Shown here: piece by piece, positions 30,257-40,614 of the stretch
Position numbering within the stretch: position 1 is the first letter of the stretch
Layout: every line of letters starts with the position of its first letter
Assembly: GCA_016839555.1 (NCBI GenBank)
Contig: JAEOUA010000012.1
Location: forward strand, 32,001-96,000
Length of the DNA: 64,000 bases
Reading direction: 5' to 3'
Source: Promethearchaeota archaeon
GTDB lineage: Archaea > Asgardarchaeota > Lokiarchaeia > Sigyniarchaeales > SOKP01
Notes under the pieces: generated by a model
Database searches by the model: none
What the model was told of the DNA's origin: nothing
Seen by the model: only the letters and a program-made list of their open reading frames with translations
Made by a program: the position numbers and the translations under genes

Positions 30257-30940
30257 TTAAATTTTATTTTCAGCTACTAAATAGTTGATAAACTCATCTA
30301 TATTTTCGCCCGTTTTTGCACTAGTTGTAAATATTTTAAGATTTGGATTAATCTCTTCAGCATCATGTATCATCTCATCAAGATTTACGTCTACTACATC
30401 AAGGAGATCTATCTTATTAATAACTGCAATATCAGACATTTTAAACAACAATGGATGCTTTTTAATAACCCATTCTCCTTCAGTAATAGAGACAACAACC
30501 ATACGGGTTTCCACTCCCAAAATAAAATCAGAAGGACAAATCAAATTACCTACATTTTCAATAAATACAATATCGAAGATCTTTAAATCAATATTATTGA
30601 TAACTTGTGAAATATGATAAGAATTTAAGGCACATTCACGAGCTGTATTTATCTGTATCGATTTTGCACCGCATTTTTCTATTCTATCTGCATCAATTCT
30701 TGTAGCAACATCCCCATTAATTACAAGTATTCTTTTTCCATTATCTTTATTTTGCCTAATTTTCTTGATTATTTCTTCTAAAAGAGATGTCTTACCAGCT
30801 CCAATAGCGCCAACAATATCAAAAGATTTTATATTATTTTGAATAAATGTTTTTCTGTTTTCTGCTGCTAAAAGATCATTATTCTTTATTAAATCTTCAT
30901 TTAATTCAATAATTCTTGAAAATCCTTCATTTTTCGGCAT
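30257..30940 (-). CDS. hypB: Hydrogenase nickel incorporation GTPase HypB
   Basis: GAIGAGKT, DADRI, IENVGNLICP, NKIDL, SAKTGE. Confidence 0.92.
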   Translation of the reverse strand: MPKNEGFSRIIELNEDLIKNNDLLAAENRKTFIQNNIKSFDIVGAIGAGKTSLLEEIIKKIRQNKDNGKRILVINGDVATRIDADRIEKCGAKSIQINTARECALNSYHISQVINNIDLKIFDIVFIENVGNLICPSDFILGVETRMVVVSITEGEWVIKKHPLLFKMSDIAVINKIDLLDVVDVNLDEMIHDAEEINPNLKIFTTSAKTGENIDEFINYLVAENKI

Positions 30941-31082
30941 TTTATGACCTTCTAATTTTTAAGTAATGATCAATAAAATAATAGAGATTATTAAAAAATA
31001 AGATTGGTTCATTGATATTTTTTATGAATTTAGGTAAGAGAACAGAAAGTAATTTTTAGAAAATAAATAATATGAGTGATTA

Positions 31083-32006
31083 TTAGAAAATTAAGTTTTG
31101 ATATTTTACTTTAAATTTAAAGACAATATAAGAACCAAAAATACCCCCAAGATCTGGCAAGTAAATGACAAAATACAATAAGTCTTGATAGATTGCCCAA
31201 TACAGTAATGCGGGAACAAGTCTAAAAAGGATCAGTAATATGAGAATAATCCTACCTTTCATTCGAATTGGAATGAAAAACAATAAGAAGGTCATTTCTT
31301 GATTTAAAGAAGAAAATATCAGGAAACTAATAACGCCCATTAAGCCTCCATAAGCCATCCCACCAAAGATGAACGTGATTTTTATTGGATCATAATAAAA
31401 TAATTGAAGTGGCAAGAAAATGAGTGTAAAAAAGACGCCAGACATAAAGGCACAAAATAGATACAATCCAAATAAAAATCGACTTCCAAAGCGTAATTCC
31501 ATAATCTTTATGATATTATAAAACAATAACACTAAAATTAATAGAAAAAATATTCCAAAATACGATTCAGAATAGTTGATAAAAAGTGAGGTGAAAAAGG
31601 TCCATATATAATAGCTGAAATAACTGTAATAGCTCAAACACACATATTGAGGTATGATTAAGGCTACAATCGACATGATAAAAATTGTAAAAATTAAAAA
31701 AGTCGAGACGGAACCCATGGGTCGTTCTTCCATGGTTCTTTCAAATATATCTTGCGCTCTTTTTTGTTGTTTATCTTGTCGCCTTAAATATCTTTTTATT
31801 TTTTTTGGCTCTTCAGTAGACAAGAATTCATTTGCTTGCTGCTTCGGTCTTCTTGTACCTCTTGGAACGGTAGGAATGTGTTTTTTTTCAAAAGTACACT
31901 CGTGATTTTCAGGGAGCCTATGCTTTTTACAATAAATCCCTCCACAATATTTACATCTAAAGGGAAGATATCCCATTTCCTCTCCACAATATTCACAATG
32001 AGCCAC
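31083..32006 (-). CDS. AN1 zinc finger fused to a rhomboid-like membrane domain (catalytic dyad apparently lost)
   Basis: PFRCKYCGGIYCKKHRLPENHEC; WTFFTSLF, ELRFGSRF; GASG replaced by GMAYG and HLGG replaced by DLGG. Confidence 0.75.
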   Translation of the reverse strand: MAHCEYCGEEMGYLPFRCKYCGGIYCKKHRLPENHECTFEKKHIPTVPRGTRRPKQQANEFLSTEEPKKIKRYLRRQDKQQKRAQDIFERTMEERPMGSVSTFLIFTIFIMSIVALIIPQYVCLSYYSYFSYYIWTFFTSLFINYSESYFGIFFLLILVLLFYNIIKIMELRFGSRFLFGLYLFCAFMSGVFFTLIFLPLQLFYYDPIKITFIFGGMAYGGLMGVISFLIFSSLNQEMTFLLFFIPIRMKGRIILILLILFRLVPALLYWAIYQDLLYFVIYLPDLGGIFGSYIVFKFKVKYQNLIF

Positions 32007-32204
32007 TCTTGGTTACCCGAATATATTCTTTACAAAATAGTTAAAAAATTAATTTCTTATTTTGATTATTAAAATTCAGATCAATTAATGATAATAGATA
32101 ATAGTTTTTAGTTTTTACTCTTATGAAAAACCTTATTTCTAATTTTTCTTAATCTTATGATATAAATGAATCTAAATTTAAAAGCGTTATAAAAATGGAT
32201 GAAA

Positions 32205-33254
32205 TTAAATAATTTGATAATAAGGGCTAATATCTGTAGGTAGATAAATTAATACATAATTTCCAATTAGCAACACAATCATTAATGAGGCAAGCAAAAT
32301 GTATACAGCTTTGTTCCATTTTAAAATTGCTTGACCATCAAGGATACCTACGGGAATTAAATTAAATGCTCCGAGCATGAAATTAATAGATGCTGAAATA
32401 CTAATAAAGTAATTAATTGGATAAATGGGGATGATAAATGATATTATTAGAAGAATAGTGCCATATATAAGATTTATTATAGGACCCGCAGCTTTACATA
32501 ATCCCGTCTTTCTATCAATAGTATCTAAACCTAATACAACGACCGCACCAGGCAGCGCGAATGCAGGAAGTGCACGAGCAGAGGCGATTAAAGAAATAAT
32601 TCCCATAGCGAGTCCCATTACAGTGATCATCATCCCATATTTTAATAGCCGAAATTTGCTCTGGAGACCAAAATGTATAGCTACTTGCCGATGCCCCAGC
32701 TCATGGAACAAAAATGCGGTGGTATATATCCCCGCTATCATAAAGATTATCCAACCATACCCAAGTTCATTTAATTGTGCCTGATTTTGAGGATTATAAA
32801 ATCCTAATAATCCGATACTATAAATTAAGAGAGCTCCTATAAGAAAATGCAACAGTTCAGATTTATATGGAAAGAGAATCCCTTTAAATTCTATACCCGA
32901 ATCTTCCTGAAAAGCATTTGCTGGAATATTTCGTTCCCCTCGATACCAGATAAAACTTCCATCTGTTCTGGCTCCGCTTCCTGAATCAGAGACTGAGGGT
33001 GATTGATATGAGGCTTGACTTTCTTCAGATGCGAAAATTTCTCTATGTTCTGTACCTCTTGTTGGTGGAGATTCAGAACCCCCAATGTATGCACTAGAAA
33101 TATCTAATCCCAAAGCCGATTCCTCTTTTTTGATATTACACTCATGATCTATTGGATTTCTATGTAGATGGCAATAATAATGCCCACAATCTTCACAATA
33201 ATAGATTTCGGAAGATTCCATTCCGCAATGATAACATTTTCTCATATATTCCAC
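32205..33254 (-). CDS. AN1 zinc finger fused to site-2 (M50) metalloprotease
   Basis: CEDCGHYYCHLHR..DHEC; HELGH; AGP; FNLIPVGILDG. Confidence 0.85.
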   Translation of the reverse strand: MEYMRKCYHCGMESSEIYYCEDCGHYYCHLHRNPIDHECNIKKEESALGLDISSAYIGGSESPPTRGTEHREIFASEESQASYQSPSVSDSGSGARTDGSFIWYRGERNIPANAFQEDSGIEFKGILFPYKSELLHFLIGALLIYSIGLLGFYNPQNQAQLNELGYGWIIFMIAGIYTTAFLFHELGHRQVAIHFGLQSKFRLLKYGMMITVMGLAMGIISLIASARALPAFALPGAVVVLGLDTIDRKTGLCKAAGPIINLIYGTILLIISFIIPIYPINYFISISASINFMLGAFNLIPVGILDGQAILKWNKAVYILLASLMIVLLIGNYVLIYLPTDISPYYQII

Positions 33255-33726
33255 TTTTATAGCTCTATTTCTTAAATTTAACTAAAAATTATTACTATAA
33301 GACTATATATAAATAGCTATATAAAAAAATTTCTTAAGTGAATTATTATAATTTAATATAAAAACGCAAAATAATCAATGACCTCCACTCCAACTTCTGT
33401 AAAGGATGGACCAATCTCAACGAATACTCTTGTATCTAAAACTTTTTTAATCACATATCTTATAAACATTTGGATAAGTTTTTTCTTTTTATGTCTACGT
33501 ACAATAAGATAGAAAATATACCAATTAAACAAAATTGAAATTATATTCCCTCTATTTTTAAATACTTGAAAATTTACTGAATAAGAGTTATAAAAGAATG
33601 AAATCTTTGCTAATCTCCTCTTATTCTCGAAATAATTTATAGCTAAAGGTGATTTAATTTAAGTTTTGTAGTTTTTAAGTTGCCTTAAAATATTTAAAAA
33701 GGTTTTTACCTTATATAAAATATACT

Positions 33727-33957
33727 ATGAAACAAAAGAAAATATATTGTCCAACATGCGATAGATACGTGGAACTTCAAAAAAAAAGTATGCCCCATGT
33801 GTATCATGAACTTTGGGTTTTTTTCATTTTTCTTACTTTTGGGATAGGATATGTTTTCTATCTTCTAATACGTAAACGAAAGAAGAAAAATACGTGTCCG
33901 CATTGTGAGCGGGAATTTGATCTCACAAAACCCTTACCTGAGGGACCAAAAGGATAA
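33727..33957 (+). CDS. LITAF-like zinc-ribbon membrane protein
   Basis: CPTC - hydrophobic hairpin - CPHC. Confidence 0.6.
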   Translation: MKQKKIYCPTCDRYVELQKKSMPHVYHELWVFFIFLTFGIGYVFYLLIRKRKKKNTCPHCEREFDLTKPLPEGPKG

Positions 33958-34001
33958 AATTTTTGTAAATTTTTAAAAATAATTAATAATAATTTATGAA
34001 A

Positions 34002-34223
34002 CTAAGAAGATTTGAGAATTTTCATCTTACTTTTACATCGCGGACAAATCTTATCACTCTCACTTAATTCTCGTTTCATTAAAGTTTTTTGATAATTACA
34101 TTTGGATTTACCACACTTTAAGATGAATTTTTGAAGTTTTGATCCAGTTTTTTGTTTCGCTTTTTGCTCATTTACTTTAGAACTCTTCGCTTTCTCGTCT
34201 TTTAGCCATTTATCCAAACTCAA
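34002..34223 (-). CDS. Small zinc-finger protein
   Basis: CGKSKC...CPRC; SD AAGGAG upstream. Confidence 0.65.
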   Translation of the reverse strand: MSLDKWLKDEKAKSSKVNEQKAKQKTGSKLQKFILKCGKSKCNYQKTLMKRELSESDKICPRCKSKMKILKSS

Positions 34224-34429
34224 TTATATCTTTCTCCTTTAAACCTTTTTGAAATTAATAAATCATTATATATAAAAAATTATGACTATTTATTATTCCT
34301 CTCCGTATTTTAAAGAACATATGGACTTATTTCTATTAAAAATTGATATTAAATAATTATGATTTACAATGATTAAAAAGAAAAATAAATGAAAAATAAT
34401 TAAATGTTTCAGTATCCTTATCCTTCGCC

Positions 34430-35659
34430 TCAAAAAACTTGCTCTTTGCCGGCGATTAATCGTTCACGAAGATCGATTATATTTTCCTTCGATAATTTCT
34501 CCTCAATAACTTCTTTCGCGATTCTTTGTATGCTTGAAAAATTCACATTATTAGCGGGAATTAAAGAGACTGAGGTTACCCAAGGATCAGTAATCGGACG
34601 GCCTATCTGTGAGAGCAATTTTACATGCGCCTCGCGAATATTCCCTTCCCCACGCCTATATATTTCCTTGGCCATATTATTAGCTAGCACATTATAAATT
34701 TTTCCTACATGGTTTATTGGATTCTTTCCACATACAGCCTCGAGTGACATCGTTCTACAAGGAGTAATTAAGCCGTTTGCTCTATTTCCACGACCAACCT
34801 CCCCATCGTCTCCTGCCTCAGCACTTGTTCCTGTGATTGTCAGATATAAAATGTCTTGCTTCATACTATCTCCAACATTGACATTAACATTCACATTTCT
34901 TTCAGGAATTAAATTATTCGCTAAATCCAAAGTCGCTTCCTTAATTTGTTCACAATAATTTTTATATTCATGTTTATCATGGATATATTTACTTACCATA
35001 GCATTTGCTATTGTGATATCGACATTATTTCCTAATCTTTGACTCATGACCTTTATATCTTCGCCTGATCCAGGACATTTATCTTTGAAATCGTCTGAAT
35101 TCAGCATTTTTTCGGTTTCTAATGTTATTGTTTCGCAATCTGATAAAGGAGCAAATCCAACTCCAAAAGAAGTATCGTTTGCCAATGGAACCTGTTCCAT
35201 TGCATCCGATTCCTCAAATACTCCCGTTAGATCGATAGAGCCGGGCTTGACCGCATAGTCAAATTGAATATCTCGTGTTGAATCCAAATTTCGGAAAATA
35301 TCCGAGACCACTTTACGGCATGCATCTAAGCAAATTGTTGCGACAGGAATATACTCCAAAACATTTTCTTTAAATATTTGATTAATTGCTCTTCCAACTA
35401 TTAAGAAGTATTGAGGCTCTAAAATCTTACCTCCTCCGAATTCTGGTCGAGCGATTCCACCTACTAACGCTGCTTTATCCAAATTATGATGATAGTATCG
35501 TCCGAAGTTCTCAAAATAGTATTTGCAAAGCATCCTCGAGCTCATATCCGCGGCAGCGTCGCAAACCGAATCGGGATGTCCAATCCCTTTTCGCTCGCAG
35601 AGTTCAGGGAAGTCACTCTCTTCTATCTCACCAAATTTAGCTTCGTCTATTTTAAGCAT
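34430..35659 (-). CDS. mat: S-adenosylmethionine synthetase (archaeal type)
   Basis: ERKGIGHPDS, ANDTSFGVG, GEDIKVM, GRGNRANG, GKNPINHVGKIYN. Confidence 0.95.
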   Translation of the reverse strand: MLKIDEAKFGEIEESDFPELCERKGIGHPDSVCDAAADMSSRMLCKYYFENFGRYYHHNLDKAALVGGIARPEFGGGKILEPQYFLIVGRAINQIFKENVLEYIPVATICLDACRKVVSDIFRNLDSTRDIQFDYAVKPGSIDLTGVFEESDAMEQVPLANDTSFGVGFAPLSDCETITLETEKMLNSDDFKDKCPGSGEDIKVMSQRLGNNVDITIANAMVSKYIHDKHEYKNYCEQIKEATLDLANNLIPERNVNVNVNVGDSMKQDILYLTITGTSAEAGDDGEVGRGNRANGLITPCRTMSLEAVCGKNPINHVGKIYNVLANNMAKEIYRRGEGNIREAHVKLLSQIGRPITDPWVTSVSLIPANNVNFSSIQRIAKEVIEEKLSKENIIDLRERLIAGKEQVF

Positions 35660-35834
35660 TTCATTATCAATTTTTTATCATTAATATTAATCAAAATATT
35701 TCTTCAAATTTATATTCTCTTTTGGGTATACTATTTTATTCTTTAAATTAGGATAAAAAAATATACTATAAAATGAAATTTATTAATTATGCTAATTTTT
35801 TTTACTTAACAAAATTAAAAAAAGGGAAATTACT

Positions 35835-36641
35835 TTGTTTGGAAAACAAATTCATATTGTATATAATTCAAGAGAAAATGCTCGAATTACAGAACCTTTA
35901 TTAATTCATCAACCGCATAAAGTGTATTATTTTACTGCGATAATCCGAGAAACTGGTCAGAAAGACGTGAATCTTTCATATTTTGAGGAAAATTGCAAGC
36001 TATTAGAAAAAACTTTACCTAATTTAAAAATTATCCCTAAAGAACTAGATTATACGAATTACCTCGAAATTATCCAAGAATTATCAAAAATCATAAAAAA
36101 GGAACGAGAAGAAAACCCTCACTCTGAAATTTATATTAATGTCAGCTCCGGTTCAAAAATAACTGCAATAGCTTCAATAGAAGCCGGAAATTTATGGGAT
36201 TGCAATATATATTATGTCTATTCAACTGAATATAATCCTTCTATTGAAGGACCAGAGCATAAGGGAGAGATGATAATTAAAACACCCATGACCTTTCCAA
36301 TAAAAAAACCAAAAGAAATTTATATTAAAATTTTACGATTAATTCACAGGCTAATTGAAGAGAGATATAAGGATAAAAAATTTGATAAAAACACACCAAA
36401 ATTTATTTATAAAAAGGATTTAATCTCAAAATTGTTTGAAAGAAAGCTCATTACTTTACAGAAAAAAAATAAAAATGAGAGGAAGCTTCAAGCAAGCAAA
36501 TATATGAAAAGTCAAAAATATATTGATGCACTGAAAAGAGAATTAAGATATATTAAAATTTCTAATGATAAGAGGAATAAAAAGGTATTTTTAACAGATT
36601 TTGGAAAGGAAGTTTTAGAAATATTCAAATATTCATATTGA
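35835..36641 (+). CDS. CARF-like Rossmann + wHTH regulator (DUF6293/HFX_2341-like)
   Basis: YINVSSGSKI motif, C-terminal VFLTDFG wing. Confidence 0.7.
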   Translation: MFGKQIHIVYNSRENARITEPLLIHQPHKVYYFTAIIRETGQKDVNLSYFEENCKLLEKTLPNLKIIPKELDYTNYLEIIQELSKIIKKEREENPHSEIYINVSSGSKITAIASIEAGNLWDCNIYYVYSTEYNPSIEGPEHKGEMIIKTPMTFPIKKPKEIYIKILRLIHRLIEERYKDKKFDKNTPKFIYKKDLISKLFERKLITLQKKNKNERKLQASKYMKSQKYIDALKRELRYIKISNDKRNKKVFLTDFGKEVLEIFKYSY

Positions 36642-36782
36642 GTTAATTAAAAATTCACTTTAATTTAATAGGACCTCGATTAAAAGATATTTGCTTTTGT
36701 TTATTAGTCATTATTTATTTTATACTTTTGAATTTTCAAAAAAAATTTTATAATAAGAGATAATATAATACTAGTAGGAACT

Positions 36783-37823
36783 ATGGAACAACTATTAGAA
36801 AAAATTAATGATTTATTGAGAGAAGCTGGTTTTACCACCTTTACTTTTGAATTTAAATCAAGTAGAGAGAATTATTGCTACGATTTATTAGTTAAAAAAC
36901 CCCATTCCAATCTAGTATTCATAGTAAAAGTATTTGTTAATATTGATAATATTCATGAAAATATAATAACAGGTATTAAAACATTATCAAAATTATTTAA
37001 ATCCAGACCATTATTAATTGGGTTAAGAAATAGATATCAAAAACTTGAAGATAATATGATTTATATACGAGAAGATCTTCCCATTATTTCTTTTAATACC
37101 TTAGAAAATATTCTTAAAAAAAACCTCTTTCCATACATTCTTAACAGAAGAGGCGGTGGTGTAATTTATCTTGATGGTGCCTTAATGAAGAAATTGCGTG
37201 AAGAACATAAAATTTCTAGAAAAGTATTATCAGAAAAGGTAGGAATTACTAAAAGAACTATATGTTCCTACGAAAGCGAAAATATACGCCCCTCGAAAGA
37301 AATTGCAGAAAAAATTGAAAATATCTTGGAATCTAACTTAAATATTTTTAGAAATATTAATATATTCGACTGGCATTTTGAATTTGATATTAAAGAAATG
37401 AGTAAAAAAGAAAATGAAGAATTAAGTGAATTTGAAGAGCATATCCAAAATATAATTGAAGATATAGGAATTACTTCATATTGGTATAAAAAAGAACAAT
37501 TCCCTTTTGAAATGTTAATCTCATCAAAAGATTGGGAAGCGGGAACTGAACAAGAAAACCATTTTTATCCTTTATTTTCTGAAATATCTGAGGTTGAAGA
37601 AAAATTAAAGGAGATAAATCTAAAATATTTAAAGATTTTTACCAAATTCTTCTCAAAAAATGGTTTTATTATTGTAAATAATAATATTAAGATTAATAAG
37701 ATCCTATCAAAAAATCAAATCCCCGTAATTAAGATTAGAAGCCTAGAAAAAATTGATGATGAAGAGGAATTTAAAAAATTATTTTTGAATTTTGAATCGA
37801 ATAAATCAAAAATCTTAAATTAA
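36783..37823 (+). CDS. Archaeal HTH transcriptional regulator (COG1395-like)
   Basis: YDLLVK..IVKV..NID, RRGGG...LKKLRE...GITKRTICSYE XRE-type HTH. Confidence 0.85.
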   Translation: MEQLLEKINDLLREAGFTTFTFEFKSSRENYCYDLLVKKPHSNLVFIVKVFVNIDNIHENIITGIKTLSKLFKSRPLLIGLRNRYQKLEDNMIYIREDLPIISFNTLENILKKNLFPYILNRRGGGVIYLDGALMKKLREEHKISRKVLSEKVGITKRTICSYESENIRPSKEIAEKIENILESNLNIFRNINIFDWHFEFDIKEMSKKENEELSEFEEHIQNIIEDIGITSYWYKKEQFPFEMLISSKDWEAGTEQENHFYPLFSEISEVEEKLKEINLKYLKIFTKFFSKNGFIIVNNNIKINKILSKNQIPVIKIRSLEKIDDEEEFKKLFLNFESNKSKILN

Positions 37824-37912
37824 GAATTAGATCCTACTTATTTGGATGTTTCTAGTAGAGTGAACAAAAAATATAAATATTTAAAAAATAGAAACAATTA
37901 ATAAAGAAAATT

Positions 37913-38630
37913 ATGAGAAACTTTTTAATTTGCGGACTCGACGAGGCAGGGAGATGGAAATCGATTTGCTTTGCACCCTAAAGGCCCCGTTTTAGGTCCA
38001 ATGATTTTATGTGGTGTATCTTTCACCAAAAATAAACTACACCATTTAGAAAAAATGGGAGTGAAAGATTCCAAAAAATTAGCCCCTAAAAAAAGAAAAG
38101 AATTAGCAAAATTAATTAAACAAGAGTGTAATTCATATAAAATTCTACAATTGTCCTCCCAAGAAATAGATGAGAGAGTGAGAAAGAAAATTTCCCTTAA
38201 TAGACTTGAAATTATCAAATTTGTTGAGATTTTAAATGAGCTTCAACCAGATATCATATATATCGATGCTGCTGATACAGATGAAAATAGATTTGGAAGA
38301 TCTATTAAAAATCAATTGAATTATATCCCGAAAAGAATTATTTCAAAACATAAAGCCGATGAACTTTTTCCGATTGTTGGAGCAGCTTCCATTATTGCAA
38401 AATGTCATCGCGATATGATTATAAATGAATTAAACAAATACTATATGAACCAAGGATCTATAAACATTGGCTCGGGTTATACATCTGATGAAAAAACAAT
38501 CAATTTTTTGAGATATTGGATAAGAACTTATAAAAAAGCACCTTCATGTGCCAGAAATACCTGGGCAACAATTCGGAAAATCCTTGAGGAGGAATTATAT
38601 AATAAAAAAATTACACAATTTTTTAAATAG
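37913..38630 (+). CDS. rnhB: Ribonuclease HII, join(37913..37953,37982..38630), 229 aa after intron removal
   Basis: Spliced product MRNFLICGLDEAGRGPVLGPM...KDSKKL...DAAD...KAD...GAASIIAK...GSGY...; PIP-box-like KKITQFF C-terminus. Confidence 0.93.
37954..37981 (+). other. 28-nt BHB-type intron in the rnhB mRNA
   Basis: Central helix AGGG(37948-51)/CCCT(37976-79), bulges AGA and AAA, inner stem TGGAAA/TTTGCA; cutting after the second nt of each bulge restores AGA GGC (Arg-Gly). Unspliced frame hits TAA at 37979. Confidence 0.85.
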
Positions 38631-39321
38631 GTTTTTTTCTCCCAATCAAAACTAAATGATTTTCGGCATACTGATGAATATTGATACTTTCTAATATATC
38701 TAAACCTCCTTTTTCTAAAGTTTTTTGCTCTTCTTTATAGACCTTCTTTGATTTAGACACAGAATCTATAGATTGAGATTTAATAGCTAGAATTAATATC
38801 CCTTTATCTTGTAGATAATATTTACAATTTTTAACTGCAATTTCTGCTTGATTGGGTTGAGCTATATCTTGATATATAAGGTCGATTTCTGTAAATATAT
38901 TCTTAGCATATTCAATTGGATGGCGAGCGTCTCCCAATATTGGAATTACATTTTTTCTTTCTGCTGTATTTTGAATGAGTTGTCTCATGCTTCTTTCAGC
39001 AAATTCAACGGCATAAATAACTCCATTTTCTAAAATATCAGAAAAATGAGATACCGTTGTCCCTGATGCTGCCCCAAGATATAGACAATTTTTCCCCTGT
39101 TTAAGGAAATTAGTTTTGGGCTGATTTATTAAAATAGCAGCAAGCTTACTTTGATATGGATTCCATTCTCGATATTCCTTTCCATTCCTTTTTATTAATT
39201 TTTCTCCATAAACCTGTTTACCAGGGACTAAATTTTTAGTATATAATTTTGGATTTTCAAAAGATCCGGATATAAATACATTATCTATTTTGGGGTGATT
39301 TCGAATATTTAATTTGCTCAT
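38623..39321 (-). CDS. flpA: Fibrillarin-like 2'-O-methyltransferase
   Basis: VYGEK, YREWNPYQSKLAA, LYLGAASGTTVSH, DIAQPNQ. Confidence 0.96.
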   Translation of the reverse strand: MSKLNIRNHPKIDNVFISGSFENPKLYTKNLVPGKQVYGEKLIKRNGKEYREWNPYQSKLAAILINQPKTNFLKQGKNCLYLGAASGTTVSHFSDILENGVIYAVEFAERSMRQLIQNTAERKNVIPILGDARHPIEYAKNIFTEIDLIYQDIAQPNQAEIAVKNCKYYLQDKGILILAIKSQSIDSVSKSKKVYKEEQKTLEKGGLDILESINIHQYAENHLVLIGRKKPI

Positions 39322-39353
39322 ATCTAAAAATCACTTCTACCATTTTTTATATT

Positions 39354-40511
39354 CTATTTAGGAGGATGTGGATATTTTTCTTTAATTTGATTTATTTTTT
39401 CTTTAATTTCTTCGGCATAGGTATCACCAAAAAAATCACCAGAAAAATAGTCTAATTTTGCGGCAAGTCCTAATTTTCCCGCAATTAATCTTGCGATATT
39501 ACCCCGAATCCAAGGCGGATTTCCTCTAATTTGTTGCCATTGAAAGATTAAACCATGTTTAGGTAATTTATTACCCGCTCTGAGATAACGATATAATGCA
39601 GTCTCCGCACCTAATAATTGTATCCGGGAAGATGGCATAAAAGCTAATCTGCGTAGACTTCCGGCATGAGAAATTAACTTCGCTCCTACTAAGGCTCCTA
39701 CAATTGCTCGAATATTTGGTGCTGTTTTTTGCATTAACTCATCTAAATGCGATTCTAAGGCTTCCCTATAGTTTTCTAATGATAAGATCTGATCAGCAAA
39801 TTTTTTTACCATTTCTAAATCTATATCTGCTCCCATTGATTTTGATGCTAATTTAAGTATTGTTTTTACTTCTTTTTGACTTAAAGAAAATTTTGATTCT
39901 AGGATTTCTTTTGTATAATTTTTTCTGTTTCCTATTTCAGATATAAATTTTGCCAATAAGACATCATCCTCAACAAATTTATCTGTCAACTCTGGGAAAT
40001 GAAGTCCATACCATTCCTTAATTTTATTGGAAAATTTGCTTATAGTTGGTTTGATGAATTCTAAAGTTTCAATGGTTTGAATGATTTGAATATCTTTTTT
40101 CTCGCCTGCTTGCTTAATCTTTTTTCTTATTAATTTTTCATTGATAATTTTATACTTTTTTAATAAATCTTCTTGATCAATATTGATTCCTATGTTTTTT
40201 AATTTCTCTTCTAAATTAAACCGAAAATTTTGAAATTCTAAGGAATAAGGATCAAATTCTGTTTCAAATTGAAGAAGAACGGAAGTTAATGAATACAATT
40301 CTTCATTATCAAATATGAATAAGGAAAAGCCTGAATTCTTTAACTCCGTTAATAAACTCGTATATTCTTCCCCTAACTCTCCTTCTTCTAATTTAGAGTA
40401 AAAATCAATAATTTTTTGTTCTTTTCCTTCAAAATCTCTATAATTTAAAAAATTTCCGGTTGCATCAATAGTATATATGCCTATTAATGTATCAATAATA
40501 AAAGATTTCAT
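39354..40511 (-). CDS. nop5: C/D box sRNP subunit Nop5 (Nop56/58)
   Basis: EWYGLHFPEL, APNI, IQLLGAE, PKHGLIFQ. Confidence 0.95.
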   Translation of the reverse strand: MKSFIIDTLIGIYTIDATGNFLNYRDFEGKEQKIIDFYSKLEEGELGEEYTSLLTELKNSGFSLFIFDNEELYSLTSVLLQFETEFDPYSLEFQNFRFNLEEKLKNIGINIDQEDLLKKYKIINEKLIRKKIKQAGEKKDIQIIQTIETLEFIKPTISKFSNKIKEWYGLHFPELTDKFVEDDVLLAKFISEIGNRKNYTKEILESKFSLSQKEVKTILKLASKSMGADIDLEMVKKFADQILSLENYREALESHLDELMQKTAPNIRAIVGALVGAKLISHAGSLRRLAFMPSSRIQLLGAETALYRYLRAGNKLPKHGLIFQWQQIRGNPPWIRGNIARLIAGKLGLAAKLDYFSGDFFGDTYAEEIKEKINQIKEKYPHPPK

Positions 40512-40614
40512 ACTATTTTGAATAAATTTATTTCAAATTAAATATAAGTAAAATAATTAAAATAATTTAAATATGTTTAATATTTGAAAATTAAAGATAA
40601 TTTAAAAATAAACA

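Noticed and set aside
33354-33605. Minus-strand open frame of about 60-80 codons in the spacer (...RVFVEIGPSFTEVGVEVIDYFAFLY)
   Set aside because: No convincing start, no recognisable motif and AT-driven composition; may be a gene remnant.
37971-38630. ORF-track version of RNase HII starting at TTG (MHPKGPVLG)
   Set aside because: Lacks the catalytic DE residues, which are encoded upstream in another frame. A ribosomal frameshift would insert about 9 aa into DEAGRG, and a pseudogene would not explain the exact BHB geometry.
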